Shown here in pieces: positions 38,365-50,085 of a stretch of DNA of 64,000 nucleotides (position 1 is its first letter; every line of letters begins with the position of its first letter). Under the pieces are notes generated by a model. The model had not been told where the DNA came from and did no database searches. It saw only the letters and a list, made by a program, of their open reading frames with translations. This stretch comes from Hypanus sabinus (Eukaryota): the NCBI RefSeq assembly GCF_030144855.1, contig NC_082710.1, forward strand, positions 119,164,001 through 119,228,000. Reading direction: 5' to 3'. Position numbers and translations under genes: made by a program.

Positions 38365-38875
38365 AGTCCATGACCTATTCCTGTGTCAAAATGAGGCCAG
38401 CTTCAGAATGGAGGAGCAACACCTTCAATTTCATCTGGGTAGCCTCCAACCTGATGGCATGAATATTGATGTTTCCTACTGGTAACAAAAATAAATTCCC
38501 TCCCCCTCCCTTCTTCATCTATTCTCCAATCTCATCTTTTATCTCTTCTCACCTGCCCATTAGTTCCCCCTGGGTCCCTATCCCTATCTCCTTCCCTATC
38601 TCCTGTGGTTCACTCTCCTTTCCTATCAGATTCCTTCTTCTCCAGCCCTTTACTTTTCCCACCCACCTGGCTTCCCCATTACCTTGCAGCTAGCCTGTTT
38701 CCCATCCCTCTCATCTCTTTATTCTGCATCTTCCTTTTCAGTCCTGAAAAAGAGTCTCGGCCTGAAATGTCAACTGTTTATTAATTTTCACGGATGCTGC
38801 CTGACCATCTGAGCTCCCCCAGCATTGTATATGTGTTGCTTTAGATTTCCAGCATCTGCAGACATTCCTGTGTTT
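38365..38875 (+). mobile_element. Penelope-like element 3' fragment
   Basis: RMEEQHLQFHLGSLQPDGMNID, a pyrimidine-rich UTR, and a decayed hammerhead at ~38739-38775. Confidence 0.85.
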
Positions 38876-38989
38876 ATATATTGCATGTAAGTTTAATTGC
38901 ATGCAATTATCTGAACTTATCTGGACCAAAGTTACATCATAAATTTTTGAGGGTAACTTCTGAGTTTTTGCAACTTCTCCCCAAGGCAT

Positions 38990-39300
38990 CAAAAGCCAAT
39001 ATCAGAGGACTTCTATTTAAGATGAGTGGAGAAAATTTAGGGCAGATATCAGAGCTTGTTTTCACACAGAGACTGGTAAGTGCCTGGAATACACTTCCAG
39101 CAGTGTTGGTAGAGGCTAATACAACAGAGAACTTTAAGAGTCATTTAAATAGGTACTTAAGTATAAAAAAAAATTAAGGATTATGAATTGTGCAGGAGGG
39201 AAGGGTTAGATTGATCATTGTGTAGGTTGATACATATATGTCAGTGATTGAAAGGACCTGAATTGTATTGTACTGCTCTATATTGTACTCTATGATGTTC
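38990..39300 (+). mobile_element. CR1 LINE 3' fragment
   Basis: VFTQRLVSAWNTLPAVLVEA..FKSHLNRYL. Confidence 0.8.
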
Positions 39301-39376
39301 TAAAGCTCCTCTGGCTAATCACACCTAACAGTGTCTCTGTCCTTATCTAAGAATGCATAAGAAATTTTGATGTGGC

Positions 39377-40457
39377 TGTTACGTACATTCAACCATGTAA
39401 AAATTTCAGCAGCAAAACGAACACACCTGGAGTCTGGTTTTGCTGTTAACAAAACACTACTTTATTAGTAACTAACAAATACAGAATCTTAAACCAGGTA
39501 AATCAAGAGTTAGCAGAGTTATACATATATAGATGTAAAAATAAAGTTCCCAAACTCATTCAAGCTCAGGTGGTAAGATTTACAGTCTTGCGATGGTATG
39601 TAAGAAAGTCAGTTCAATCTGCAAAATTGTTATTGTTGGTATGAGAGAGATATTTGTAATCCAAATAAATAGGTGTCATCAATCTTCCCATTGTCCTCCA
39701 AATCCTTCAAGTTGGCCAAATATGAATCTACTAAGGATACCGTCTTCAAGTGGTAAAACTACTAACCCAGGCAAGGACTAAACACACAGGTAGATCCCAC
39801 AGGGTCATCTTTACATGCACTGTGACAGCCACCGATCCAGTTCCATGACATAGCAAGTAACTCCAGCAGTGATTTACCACAGGGGTGTCTTCTTCAGTGA
39901 AATACCACACTCAGACAAGGGTAAACACACAAGTGGTATTCACAGAGGTTTCCCACTCACCAGAGAACCCACTCCTGTGGATTAACTATGTGACAGTCAC
40001 AATTTAGTATTTGAATGGAATCAAACGTAACTTTGTGGGCTACTTGGAGAGAGTCCAAACAGTGGTCTCTTTGAAACTAGGATTCTTCTGTTTCAAATCT
40101 TCCTCTCCTCTTTATAAACTTCTTCCAGTTGCAGCTCTTGTGAGAGTCATTGATCAATACTCTGGATCGATCTGGTCAACTCACCCCTTCAGGCTACTGG
40201 AAGTTTAAACCAGCGAGTTTCATTGATCGAAACCATCCCAACTCTGACTGTGAGTGTCTCTGTGTCCTTGTATATTCAAAACAAGCCACAGAAAAGAAAT
40301 CATTTGTCATCCATCAAATAACTCCACCTCTCTTACCACAGTAACCAAGCAATTTTGTAGTTAGTAGAAATTCAACAGTGTTCAAAAGTCAGTCTCATTC
40401 TCTTGGTGCTTTAAGGCAACAGTCCACAGAAAAAATGAACCCCAAGGGTACACAACA
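39377..40457 (-). mobile_element. Long solo LTR (~1080 bp) inserted at the head of a V-SINE
   Basis: TGTT...AACA termini; TSD TGGC/CGGC; AATAAA on minus near 39461. Confidence 0.6.
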
Positions 40458-40710
40458 CGGCACAGTAACATAGCAATTAGTGTAATACTTTACAACGCTA
40501 ACAACTGGGATTCAATTCCTGCCTCTCTCTGTAGTAAGTTTGTACATTCTCCAGTGACCACATGGGTTTCCTCTGGTGCTCTGGATTCATCCCCCATTCC
40601 ATAGAAGTAATGTCAGTAGGCTAATTGGTCTTATGGGTGTAACTAAACGCTGTTTGCTCGATGGTCCAGAAGGGCCTGTGTGCAGTGCTGAATCTCTGAA
40701 TAAAATAATA
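40458..40710 (+). mobile_element. V-SINE/HE1-like SINE
   Basis: GTTTGTACATTCTCCAGTGACCACATGGGTTTCCTCTGGTGCTCTGG core; A-rich tail. Confidence 0.75.
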
Positions 40711-41061
40711 TAAACCATTTGGCAGTCCTTGGGATGTGGAAAGAAATATATATGAATGCTGACAAAGGGCAATTATAGGTCCTTCAGATGGGATCTTGAG
40801 GTTGTGGAATAAATAATTCTAAGTTTGGGTGAGGGTAGATGAATTACAGATGGCAATATTTTGTTTCAGTCAAGGAAAATCTCACAGTCAAATTCTCTTC
40901 ATGCTCCACGACATATCACGTGTAGTTTGTTAGTGAATTTTTTGCTCATAAAGCCTTAAAAATGCAAGTTAGGTTTCCATGCAAGTTTACTTGGTGAATA
41001 AATCATTAACACTAGAAATTCTGTGATGTTGGAAATCCAAAGCAACACATACAAATGCTGA

Positions 41062-41820
41062 CAACACACACAAAATGCTGGTGGAACACAGCAGGCCAGG
41101 CAGCACCTATAAGGAGAAGCACTGTCAACGTTTCTGGCCAAGACCCTTCGTCAGGACTAACTGAAAGGAAAGATAGTAAGAGATTTGAAAGTAGTGGGGG
41201 GAGGGGGAAATGCAAAATGATAGGAGAAGAACGGAGGGTGTGGGATGAAGCTAAGAGCTGGAAAGGTGATTGGCAAAAGTGATACTGAGCTAGAGAAGGG
41301 AAAGGATCATGGGACGGGAGGCCTCGGGAGAAAGAAAGGTGGGGGGGGGGAAGCACCAGAGGGAGATGGAGAACAGGAGATGCCAGGGATGGGGTAAGAA
41401 GGGGAGGAGGGGCATTAACGGAAGTTAGAGGTCAATGTTCATGCCATCAGGTTGGAGGCTACCCAGCCGGTATGTAAGGTGTTGTTCCTCCAACCTGAGT
41501 TTGGTTTCATTTTGACAGTAGAGGAGGCCATGGATAGACATATCAGAATGGGAATGGGATGTGGAATTAAAATGTGTGGCCACTGGGAGATCCTGCTTTT
41601 TCTGGTGGACCGAACGTAGGTGTTCAGCGAAACGGTCTCCTATTCTGCGTCGGGTCTCACCAATATATAAAAGGCCACACCGGGAGCACCGGACACAGTA
41701 TACAACACCAGCTGACTCACAGGTGAAGTGTCGCCTCACCTGAAAGGACTGTCTGGAGCTTCCTGGCACTTATCCTTGTAAGCTGAACAAGTGCTACACC
41801 TGCCCTTACACTTCTTCCCT
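41062..41820 (-). mobile_element. Penelope-like element: GIY-YIG endonuclease domain, 3' UTR and pLTR
   Basis: ORF 41425..41769 reads FTCESAGVVYCVRCSRCGLLYIGETRRRIGDRFAEHLRSV..VATHFN..LEEQHL..LGSLQPDGMN. Confidence 0.95.
41124..41158 (-). ncRNA. Second hammerhead-like motif (Penelope pLTR)
   Basis: AGUC-CUGACGA-AGGGUCUUGGCCA-GAAAC-GUU-GAC on minus; stem II is weakened. Confidence 0.5.
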
Positions 41821-42260
41821 GTGGTAAACTATGTATACCTGTCTGGACACGCCCCCTGCTGACTGCTCCTGTGGCTCCTCCCACAGACCCCTGTATAAAG
41901 GCGATTGGAGGCACTGCTCCTCACGAGATGCCGTGATCCCTTTTGCTGATAATAAAAGCCTCTCCCTCACCTCTCGTCTCCAAAAGTTATTGATGGTGCA
42001 TCAATTTTATCAGCAGCAATTTTAAAACATGGAGAGCATTTTACGACCCGACAGATTGGATCTCGACCCTCAATCCCAGGAAGCCGGCGATGCTTTCGAA
42101 CTCCAGCTAGCATGCTTCGATTCGTACCTGGAGTAGATTCATATGACCGACCCTGCCACGGTACGCAGAGTTCTCCTCTCCAGAGTCAGTGCAAGGGTTT
42201 ACTCCATGATCAGAGACCAAACGGACTACCAGGGTGTGATGGATGCCCTCAAAAGACAAT
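41820..42260 (+). mobile_element. Gypsy 5' LTR (41820-42003) plus gag N-terminus, truncated
   Basis: LTR homologous to 24558-24809; gag MESILRPDRLDLDPQ..FDSYLE*..LLSRVSARVYSMIRD from 42029. Confidence 0.85.
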
Positions 42261-42267
42261 TCAGTTA

Positions 42268-42301
42268 GTCCTGACGAAGGGTCTCAGCCTGAAACGTCGA
42301 C
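42268..42301 (+). ncRNA. Minimal type I hammerhead ribozyme motif in a Penelope pLTR
   Basis: GUC-CUGACGA-AGG(GUCUCAG)CCU-GAAAC-GUC-GAC: intact core, stem II, ACGU palindromic stem III, GUC cleavage triplet. Confidence 0.7.
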
Positions 42302-42499
42302 AGTGCTTCTCCTTATAGATGCTGCTTGGCCTGCTGTGTTCCACCAGCATTTTGTGTGTTTGTTTGAATTTCCAGCATTTGCAGATTTCCTCGTGTTTGC
42401 ACATACAAATGCTGGATGAACTCAGGTGTTGCTGCTCCACCCTGAGGGTGGGTTCATCTTGGCACACAAGGAGGTCATGGAATGACATGTTGAAATGGG

Positions 42500-42930
42500 A
42501 ATACTCAGGTCGGAGGAGCAGCACCTTATATTCTGATTGAGTAGCTGGCAACTTGATGACATGAATATTGATTTCTTCTTCTAGTAGAAAAAATCCCTTC
42601 CTGTACCCATTTCTTCTATTTCCCACTCTGGCTTTTTAAACTCTTCTCACCTGCCTACCATTTTCCCACTGGTTTCCCTCCTCCATCCTTTTCTTCTTTG
42701 GTCCACACTCCTCTCCTATCAGATTCCTTTGTCTCCAGGCCTTTACCTTTCCCACTCTCACCTACAATCTCCTAGCTAGCCTCCTTCCTCTCTCCCAACC
42801 ATTTTTATTCTGGCATCTTCCCCCCTTCTTTCTCAGTCCTGAAGGAGGGTCTCAGCCCGAAATGATACCTGTTTATTAATTCCCATAGATGCGGCCTGAC
42901 CTGCTGAGTTCCTCCAGCATTTTGTTGGTG
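42500..42930 (+). mobile_element. Older Penelope-like 3' fragment (with an inverted piece at ~42420-42505)
   Basis: EEQHLIF*..LQLDDMNIDF, pyrimidine UTR, decayed hammerhead at ~42834. Confidence 0.75.
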
Positions 42931-44544
42931 AATAAATCTGTCAGTTGATAATAACTCATAGCTTAACCACAATCCAATGACCCTTTTAAAAGTTACAGTA
43001 GCCCAATCATTGAGGGAAATCATAAAATAACTGGCACCACTTCAAAAATCATTTGTTATTAAAGTTGTTTTTTCCCCAAGGAAATTCAGTGTCAACATTC
43101 CAACAGCCACTTGAGGAGAAATAAAAGAATAAATGTGATTCTTTTTGTCCCATGGCAAAATTAGATGCTTTTCAGGGGTGACTCTGTTTAATGATTCATA
43201 CAAATTGGCTTCCTTTGCAAATTAAGGCTTTTTAATATCTCTTTTAGTGAATGTTCCACTGGATTGAATAATGAAGAAAAATATAACGTGGATTTTCTGC
43301 TTTCTGTATTTGTTGCCACAAGATCATCTTTAATTTACACATAATGCTGGAGGAACTCAGCAGAACAGGAAGCATTTATGGACAATAGTAAACAATTGAT
43401 GTTTCAGGCCAAGACCCTTCATCAGGACCGGAAAAAAAAAGAGAAGTTAGGGCAATAAGATCAAGGGAGGGAAAGAAACTTCTCATATTTTTTTTTGAGA
43501 GAACAGACTCAATGGCTGAATGGCCTAATTCTACTCCAATGCCTTATAGTCTCATGCATCTGTCTAAATGTGTTGAAGACTCAGAGCACAGCTTTCCCAT
43601 TCCGAGGGGGAACAGTCCGGGTGAGTTGACACCTCACTGATGGACAACATAATGAGTTGTCCAGCACAACCTGGTTGTCATGTGTGCTACCTTCCACTAA
43701 GCAGAAATCTGTGTTACTATCTAACCTAAAGAAGAAGACTATTGCAGGTTTAATTGTTGCCAGATGCCAAAACATTTCAATGGAAATCTGTTCCATGTTT
43801 TCTTTAAAGCTAGATATAGCTAACATTTGTACATAAGAACGTAATCTGGTACTCAAAACCTATTCTTTTGTGAACATAATGTTGCCCTGCATCTTAGTCA
43901 AAATTGTTTTTATTGTAATGATAAAAATATGTTTGTATTTATAAGATGACTCTCATAAATGGCGTTATGCAACACATCTTCCTTCCAATTCTGGCACTGG
44001 ACTTACAGTTTTATATCTAATTCTTCAGGGATTCAGATCACTAAGATAATTTCCTTTTGTGTTAACCATGACTTTCAATGACATTAGCATGTTGCTTCTC
44101 TACTCCTATAACTGTAATAGATACTGGGTTATCCATTCTTACTGGTGATGCTGCGAAAATAGCAAGGAATACCAGCATGGTGCTAATCTATTTGTCTCAT
44201 TAAAGGAAGTGCTTTTCATTTTTGGATCTGAACCCAATACTAGCCATTATGGATATTCAGCAGTCTTGACCATTAATGTTGAGCAGTCAGTGTAGTGGTT
44301 GGAATGAAATCTGTGGTCAATGTTGTACAAATTATAGACAGGTCATTATACTGGTCTCCACCCTCCATTTTTCTGTTAAAATTTCTAGTGGTGGCAACAT
44401 TGCTGATTTGAAGCGTGGAAGTTTCCTGTTCAGAATTTCATTAAATGTAGGGTATCTATTGCAAACTGCCTGCTATGATAATTTGGCAGAGTGATGTTTT
44501 GACCCACTGACAAGCAGGTCAAAGATAGAATCTGCATAGATATT

Positions 44545-44890
44545 ATTGTTCCTGCCTTCTCCCCATAACTTTTCATGCCCTGATTAATCAAGAACCTATC
44601 AACCTCTGCCTTAAATATACCCAATGATCTGGTCTCCACAGCTACCTGTGGCATTGAACTCCACAGATTCAACACCCTGTGGTTAAAGAAATTCTCTTTC
44701 ATCTCCATTCAAAATGACCAGGCTTCTATCCTGAGGCTGTGTCCTCCAGTCCCAGACTCCTCCAATATAGGAAGCATCCTCTCCACATCTATCTAGGCCT
44801 TTCAACATTCACTAGGTTTCAATGAGATTTTTACTCAATCTTCAAAATTCCAGTGATTAAAGGCCCAGAGCCAAAAATAGCTCCTTTCAA
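44545..44890 (-). mobile_element. CR1 LINE 3' fragment
   Basis: FFNHRVLNLWSSMPQVAVETRSLGIFKAEVDRFL. Confidence 0.85.
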
Positions 44891-45356
44891 AGAACTTTAG
44901 CTGTAAAACATTTGTTTAAGAGTTAAAGAAAGTGCTCTCTTTCTAAGAAGCCTACTCTTGATGCATTGCAGTGTACTGAGCGCATTGTGGGAGAAGGTAA
45001 TTGATGCAGCAAGGACTACACTAGCCAACAGCTTACCGCTGCAGAGAGCTGAGCTTGCATGTGTATAATTTTTCTTCTCTCTATTTAAATTGTCAGCCAT
45101 AATTCACAATGAATCCTTGAATCAGATAAATACATTGAAACCATGTTCCAAAACCATTGGTTACTACTTTACATCTCAGTGACAGTCTGACCAGAGAGTG
45201 TGTTGAGTAAAGATTTGGGAGTTGTGTTTATTTGACTTTGTTCAAGACAAAAACTTTTCTCAAACTGAACAATCAACAAACACTGATAAGGAAAATGGAC
45301 AGTTCTCTTTCTCTATTTATTTTCAAAGAAAGAGTAACCCAGTTTAACATGACAAT

Positions 45357-45742
45357 CATCATCATCATTATGTGCTTTGTTGTGTGATGTGGGCGATCAT
45401 GGTCTGGGATTTGACTGTGATTATTATTACAAATTTATCTATGGAGGTGGTTCGCCAATGCTTTGTTCTGGCCAGTATCTTTCCAAGACCGGTGATTCTA
45501 ACCATTATCAATGCTCTTCAGGGATTGGCTGCCTGGCTTCAGAGGTCGCAAAACCAAGGTTTACGACATGCACCAGGTGCTCATACAACCATCTACCATC
45601 TGCTTGCATGGCTTCAAGTGACCCTGTTCAGGGGGGTGAGCAGGTGCTACAGATTGCCCAAGGGTGACCTGCAGGAGAGCTGAGCAAAGGAATGCCCCAC
45701 ACCTCCTTTGATAGAGATGTATCTCCACCCTGCCACCCATGT
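45357..45742 (-). mobile_element. Short retroposon with (ATG)n tail, probably RTE-mobilised
   Basis: 9-bp TSD CATGACAAT; head GGGTGGCAGGGTGGAGAT; an internally deleted copy lies at ~50088-50202. Confidence 0.75.
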
Positions 45743-46287
45743 CATGACAATAAGAACATAAACAATTATTATAATTTGGGCTTCTCTGAGTTTGTGAATA
45801 GATGTGAAAAACAATTGAATTCTGTAATAGACTGGAGCATCAGGTGACTGGTTCTTCGCTATTGCACTGAAATGGTTAGAACCTGTTTTCTACTTAGCCC
45901 TTCTTAAATAATGGTTCAAAGTGCTGGTGATTAACAGATTCATGTTGCTAAGATCAAATAGAATCCTGGTCTTAAATTTGTTTTCATGTTCTTTTCCACA
46001 ATTTGTAAATTCCAGTGAGAATCTCCAATGTATCAGAATAAAGTCATTACTATTTAACTTTCTGATTTCTTTTCTTTTGCATTCCATTCAGACCTATACT
46101 ACAGTGGAGTACAGTTACAATACTGTGATTCTGAATTTCAGAAGGTTGCATTTTAAGGAATATATACACAGCCAAAGACCAGCAGTGAAGGATTATTTTT
46201 CAGAGTGTAGAGGAAGGCTGCAAATATATATTTGAGATGAATGGCATATGGAGCCAGACGGGGTGATAGGAGGAGGAAAGCAGAGTC

Positions 46288-46620
46288 AGAAACATAGAAA
46301 ACCTACAGCACAATACAGGCCCTTCAGCCCACAAAGTTGTGCCATACATGTCCTTGGCTTAGAAATTACTAGGCCTCTATTTTACTAAGTTCCATGTACC
46401 TATCTAAAAGCATCTTAAAAGACCCTATCATATCCGTCTCCACCACCGTTGCCGGCAGCCCATTCCACACACTCACCACTCTGAGTAAAACACTTACTCC
46501 TGACATCTCCTCTGTACCTACTCCCAGCACCTTAAACCTGTGCCTTCTTGTGTGGCAACTATTTCAGCCCTGGGAAAAAGCCTCTAACTATCCACACGAT
46601 CAATGCATTTCATCATCTTA
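46288..46620 (-). mobile_element. CR1 LINE 3' end
   Basis: CR1-type tail and VVSVWNGLPATVVET..FKMLLDRYM on minus. Confidence 0.8.
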
Positions 46621-46808
46621 GAAGCTGGGAGATGATCAGTGTAAACAGATAAAGGAGGAATGATTGGCTGATGACAACAGATGGGAGAGAGGACAGCAAG
46701 GGTAAGCCAAAGGAGAGGAAGCCCAGGTGTGTAGCTGATGGACAGATAGAACTAAGCTGGCAAAGGTAACAAATCTTGGCAACAATTGTTAGGTGTATGG
46801 AAAAGGTG

Positions 46809-47117
46809 GGTTGGCGCATGGCCTAGTGGATAAGGCATCGGTCTAGTGGTCTGAAGGTCACTGGTTCGAGCCTCAGCTGAGGCAACATGTTGTGTCCTTG
46901 AGTAAGAAACTTAACTACACATTGCTCTGCAATGACACCGGTGCCAAGCTGCTTGGGTCCTAGTGCCCTTCCCTTGGACAACATCGGTGGCATGGAGAGG
47001 GGAAGGCTTGCAGCTTGGGCAACTGCCGGTCTCCCATACAACCCTGCCCAGGCCTGAACCCTGGAAACCTTCCAAGGCACAAATCCATGGTCTCACGAGA
47101 CTAACGGATGCCTATAA
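46809..47117 (+). mobile_element. tRNA-derived SINE
   Basis: A-box TGGCCTAGTGG, B-box GGTTCGAGCC, 12-bp TSD ATGGAAAAGGTG. Confidence 0.92.
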
Positions 47118-47234
47118 ATGGAAAAGGTGAACAATGGCGAAAGACACATTATCCACCCACCCTATGTGGATTCATTATCCTCCCCAACTTGGTTCCATCT
47201 GTCCACCATTCACACATTTATCCACGTAAATCTA

Positions 47235-47569
47235 GTATGAGGGACTACTGCACAGGATTGAAGTAAGCTGCAGAGAGTTGTAAACTTTATCCCCTTCATC
47301 TCGAGCACTCGCCTCTGTAGTATCCTGGACATCTTCAAGGAGTGATGCCTCAACAAGGCAGTGTCCATTATTAAGGACCTTCATCACCCAGGTCATGACC
47401 TATTATCATTACTACCATCAGCAGGGAGGTATAAAAGCGTGAAGGCACAGGCATGATAACTCTAAAACAGCCTTCTCCCCTCTCCCATCCGACTTCTGAA
47501 TGGACATTGAACCCATAAACACTATCTTACTACTTTTTAAATTCTATTTTTATGCTACTTAGAATATAC

Positions 47570-47613
<44 letters not shown>

Positions 47614-47758
47614 CACACACACACATTCACATACTTAGAGTAATTCAGATAATTCAGATTTGTTCTTTTCTATTATTAATATTTATATATATTGTACTGT
47701 TGCCACAGTTAACAGATTTCATGCTATATGCCGAGGATATTAAATCTGATTCTGATTC
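47235..47758 (+). mobile_element. Rex/Babar LINE 3' end with (GT)n(AT)n(AC)n microsatellite and (TCTGAT)n tail
   Basis: KAVSIIKDLHHPGH..LLPSAGRYKS. A similar shorter copy lies at ~48205-48525. Confidence 0.75.
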
Positions 47759-48758
47759 TAATTTCTTCTCCCCTTTCTATTCTCTTTCCCATGTGACTTT
47801 ATTTGCCCATCCCTCCATTATCTGCTCCAATTTATCACCTTCCTCCTCATCTCCTTCCACTGGGCTTCATCTGCCTTCATCTTTTTCCTTACCTATTATC
47901 ACCTTCCAGTTTCAAGGTTTAAATTTCCCCATTCTCTCTTTGCTCCCTGCCTGCCTCCATGTGTCCATTATTCACAGCTGGCTCCACCTATCACATACCA
48001 CCTCCTGTCTTCACTGACTTCTTATCTGCAAACAATCATTGTTGGTGCAGATTTTATCTGCTGTAACAACTGTTTTATTGTAGTTCTGGTAGAACTTTGG
48101 ACTTGGTTGAGAAGAGCAGTATACAAGACAAGAGTGAGGAGAAGGATTTGGAACAAGGAAGAGGAAGAGAAGGAGGATCCTGGATTGTGTCACCATCTCC
48201 CGGAACATACCCCGTTCTCATTGCTAACTTTGGGGTGAGCCTACAGGAGCCTAAACATACACACTGAAAGATTTAGGAAAAGCTTCTTTCTCTCTGCCAT
48301 CAGATTTTTGAATGGACATTGAACTTTTTTTGAATGCTACCTTACTAGTTTTTTTTAAAGTTTTTTTTTCACTTCTTACTTAATTTATGTCTTATATGTA
48401 TGTATATATTCTTACTGTTTTTCACAGTTTTTCTCTCTATCAATATGTATTGCATTCTACTGCTGCCACAAAGACAACAAATTTCATGACATATGCTGGT
48501 GATATTAAACCTGGCTCTGATTCTGATGGATGGGAATGGTAATGCACTGTACAACAGACAATGACTACAATGGCTCTCCAGAGTACACTTCTCATACCTT
48601 AGTTACATTAAGAACCAAAGTATATTAGGTATGTCTTCATAAAACAGGCAATCAACAAGTCACATTCACCTACCACAGTCAAATATCAAGGTTCAAAGCA
48701 ACACTTAAGCAACACTTTGTATGGTTGTGAAGTTCACCATGTGATTCAGATAGTTTAC

Positions 48759-48924
48759 CAGCTGACATCTGTGATATCCCTAGGGTTTGTATTCATTGTT
48801 ACATCAAAAATGATCCTGGGGCTATGTGACTTCATGATAAAGGAATGCTGTTTTCCGGAGAAGATCCACTGAGTGAAGGTGCCATTGATTGTCACATGCT
48901 CCTTGTTATTAGTAAGACATACTT
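48759..48924 (-). pseudogene. Exon-like island, open frame VCLTNNKEHVTINGTFTQWIFSGKQHSFIMKSHSPRIIFDVTMNTNPRDITDVS
   Basis: Strong acceptor ATTTCTTTACGTTTCAG; donor GTAAAC; no stop in 54 codons. Confidence 0.55.
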
Positions 48925-49499
48925 CTGAAACGTAAAGAAATTGACTCTGAATATCCTGCTTAAGTAGTCTGTAATACAGACCTGTATCTTAAGCAGCTTC
49001 CTGTTGTGTGAAATCAGGTTTGTGGGTTCAGTAAGAGGGGGACAGAAGACACGAACTACCATAAGTAGGCCCTCTATTCATTTACAGGACAAAAGAGAGA
49101 AGAAACATTTAGTAAACCTTCCAATTTACACTTGGTTATGGATACTTGTCTAAACTAAGTGCCTGAGAGGCAGAACAAAACCACCACTAAACATACAAAC
49201 AGTGGCAAATACAAATCTAACATGTGCACCTGGGCCCACTTTACCACAGCCCTCCTCCCTTGTTTACTGTTGTCACTGTGCCAGCCGTGTGTGGGGACCT
49301 GGAGAGCAAAAGGGGAGTGTGTGGTTGGTGCACGCTGTATGTAAACTCCACTGACACCATCATGTCATCAGCTAAATGGCAGCTAATGGGAGGGTCTGAA
49401 ATGCTGATTATATGGACCGATCCCTACTGCCTGCAGGGCAGTGGCTTTTGATGAGCAAGTAAGTTAGACACTTACTGCAACTCTCCACCCCTCAAAAGA

Positions 49500-50085
49500 C
49501 ACAATACCTTGACGCTCAACCTGCAGGCCATTATAATCCCTGCGGATGCCCCACTATACTGAGCAGAAAACTGAACACAATAATATCCAGAACTATCAGC
49601 CCACCAGTTACCATTGTAGTTCACTATCCTCCCAACACCCCAAAAGACCACCAACTTCCTCCTGGAGTATAGTAATTATGGAGTTGGACTCCACTTTCCT
49701 AATCTCATTTACTGACTACAGGTTATGATCTGGCAGATGAGTAATGCTCCCAGACTTGTCAGGGAAGTAGGTGTGGTCCTCCTGGGCAATCACAGAACAG
49801 GTGCCACCTTTCTCCATGAGCTGGTAATCTAATTTTGCTAGGCCACCATCCAAGTAGCCATCATTTCAGCTGCCACTCTGGTCAGTGCACCCTTGGTATG
49901 CTTGAGTGCTGTGGCCATCTCGTTGGCCAGTATCTCCATCACAGAGGTCAAACAGATAAATTCCTGGGACAGCCTAGCCATTTCATACAGGGGAAAAGCT
50001 ACCATCTGGAACCTTCTGGCCTCTGTGATATGCCTCTTACTGCTCTAACCCTCATGGGTATGGAGCTCAGGCTATTCAGGTGGTG
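49500..50085 (-). pseudogene. env: Decayed gamma-type Env transmembrane subunit
   Basis: SKR/HITEARRFQMVAFPLY.. heptad region ..MVA*QN/LDYQLMEKGGTCSVIAQEDHTYFPDKSGSIT, then a hydrophobic anchor GGLIVLDIIVFSFLL. Confidence 0.8.

Noticed and set aside
13512-43725. Resemblance of exon fragments to GREB1 glycosyltransferase, TTLL ATP-grasp or GH36 motifs
   Set aside because: Only a few scattered identities, and motif order is inconsistent; not enough to name the gene.
46809-46885. tRNA gene
   Set aside because: The A/B boxes belong to a SINE head with body, tail and 12-bp TSD; no convincing cloverleaf.
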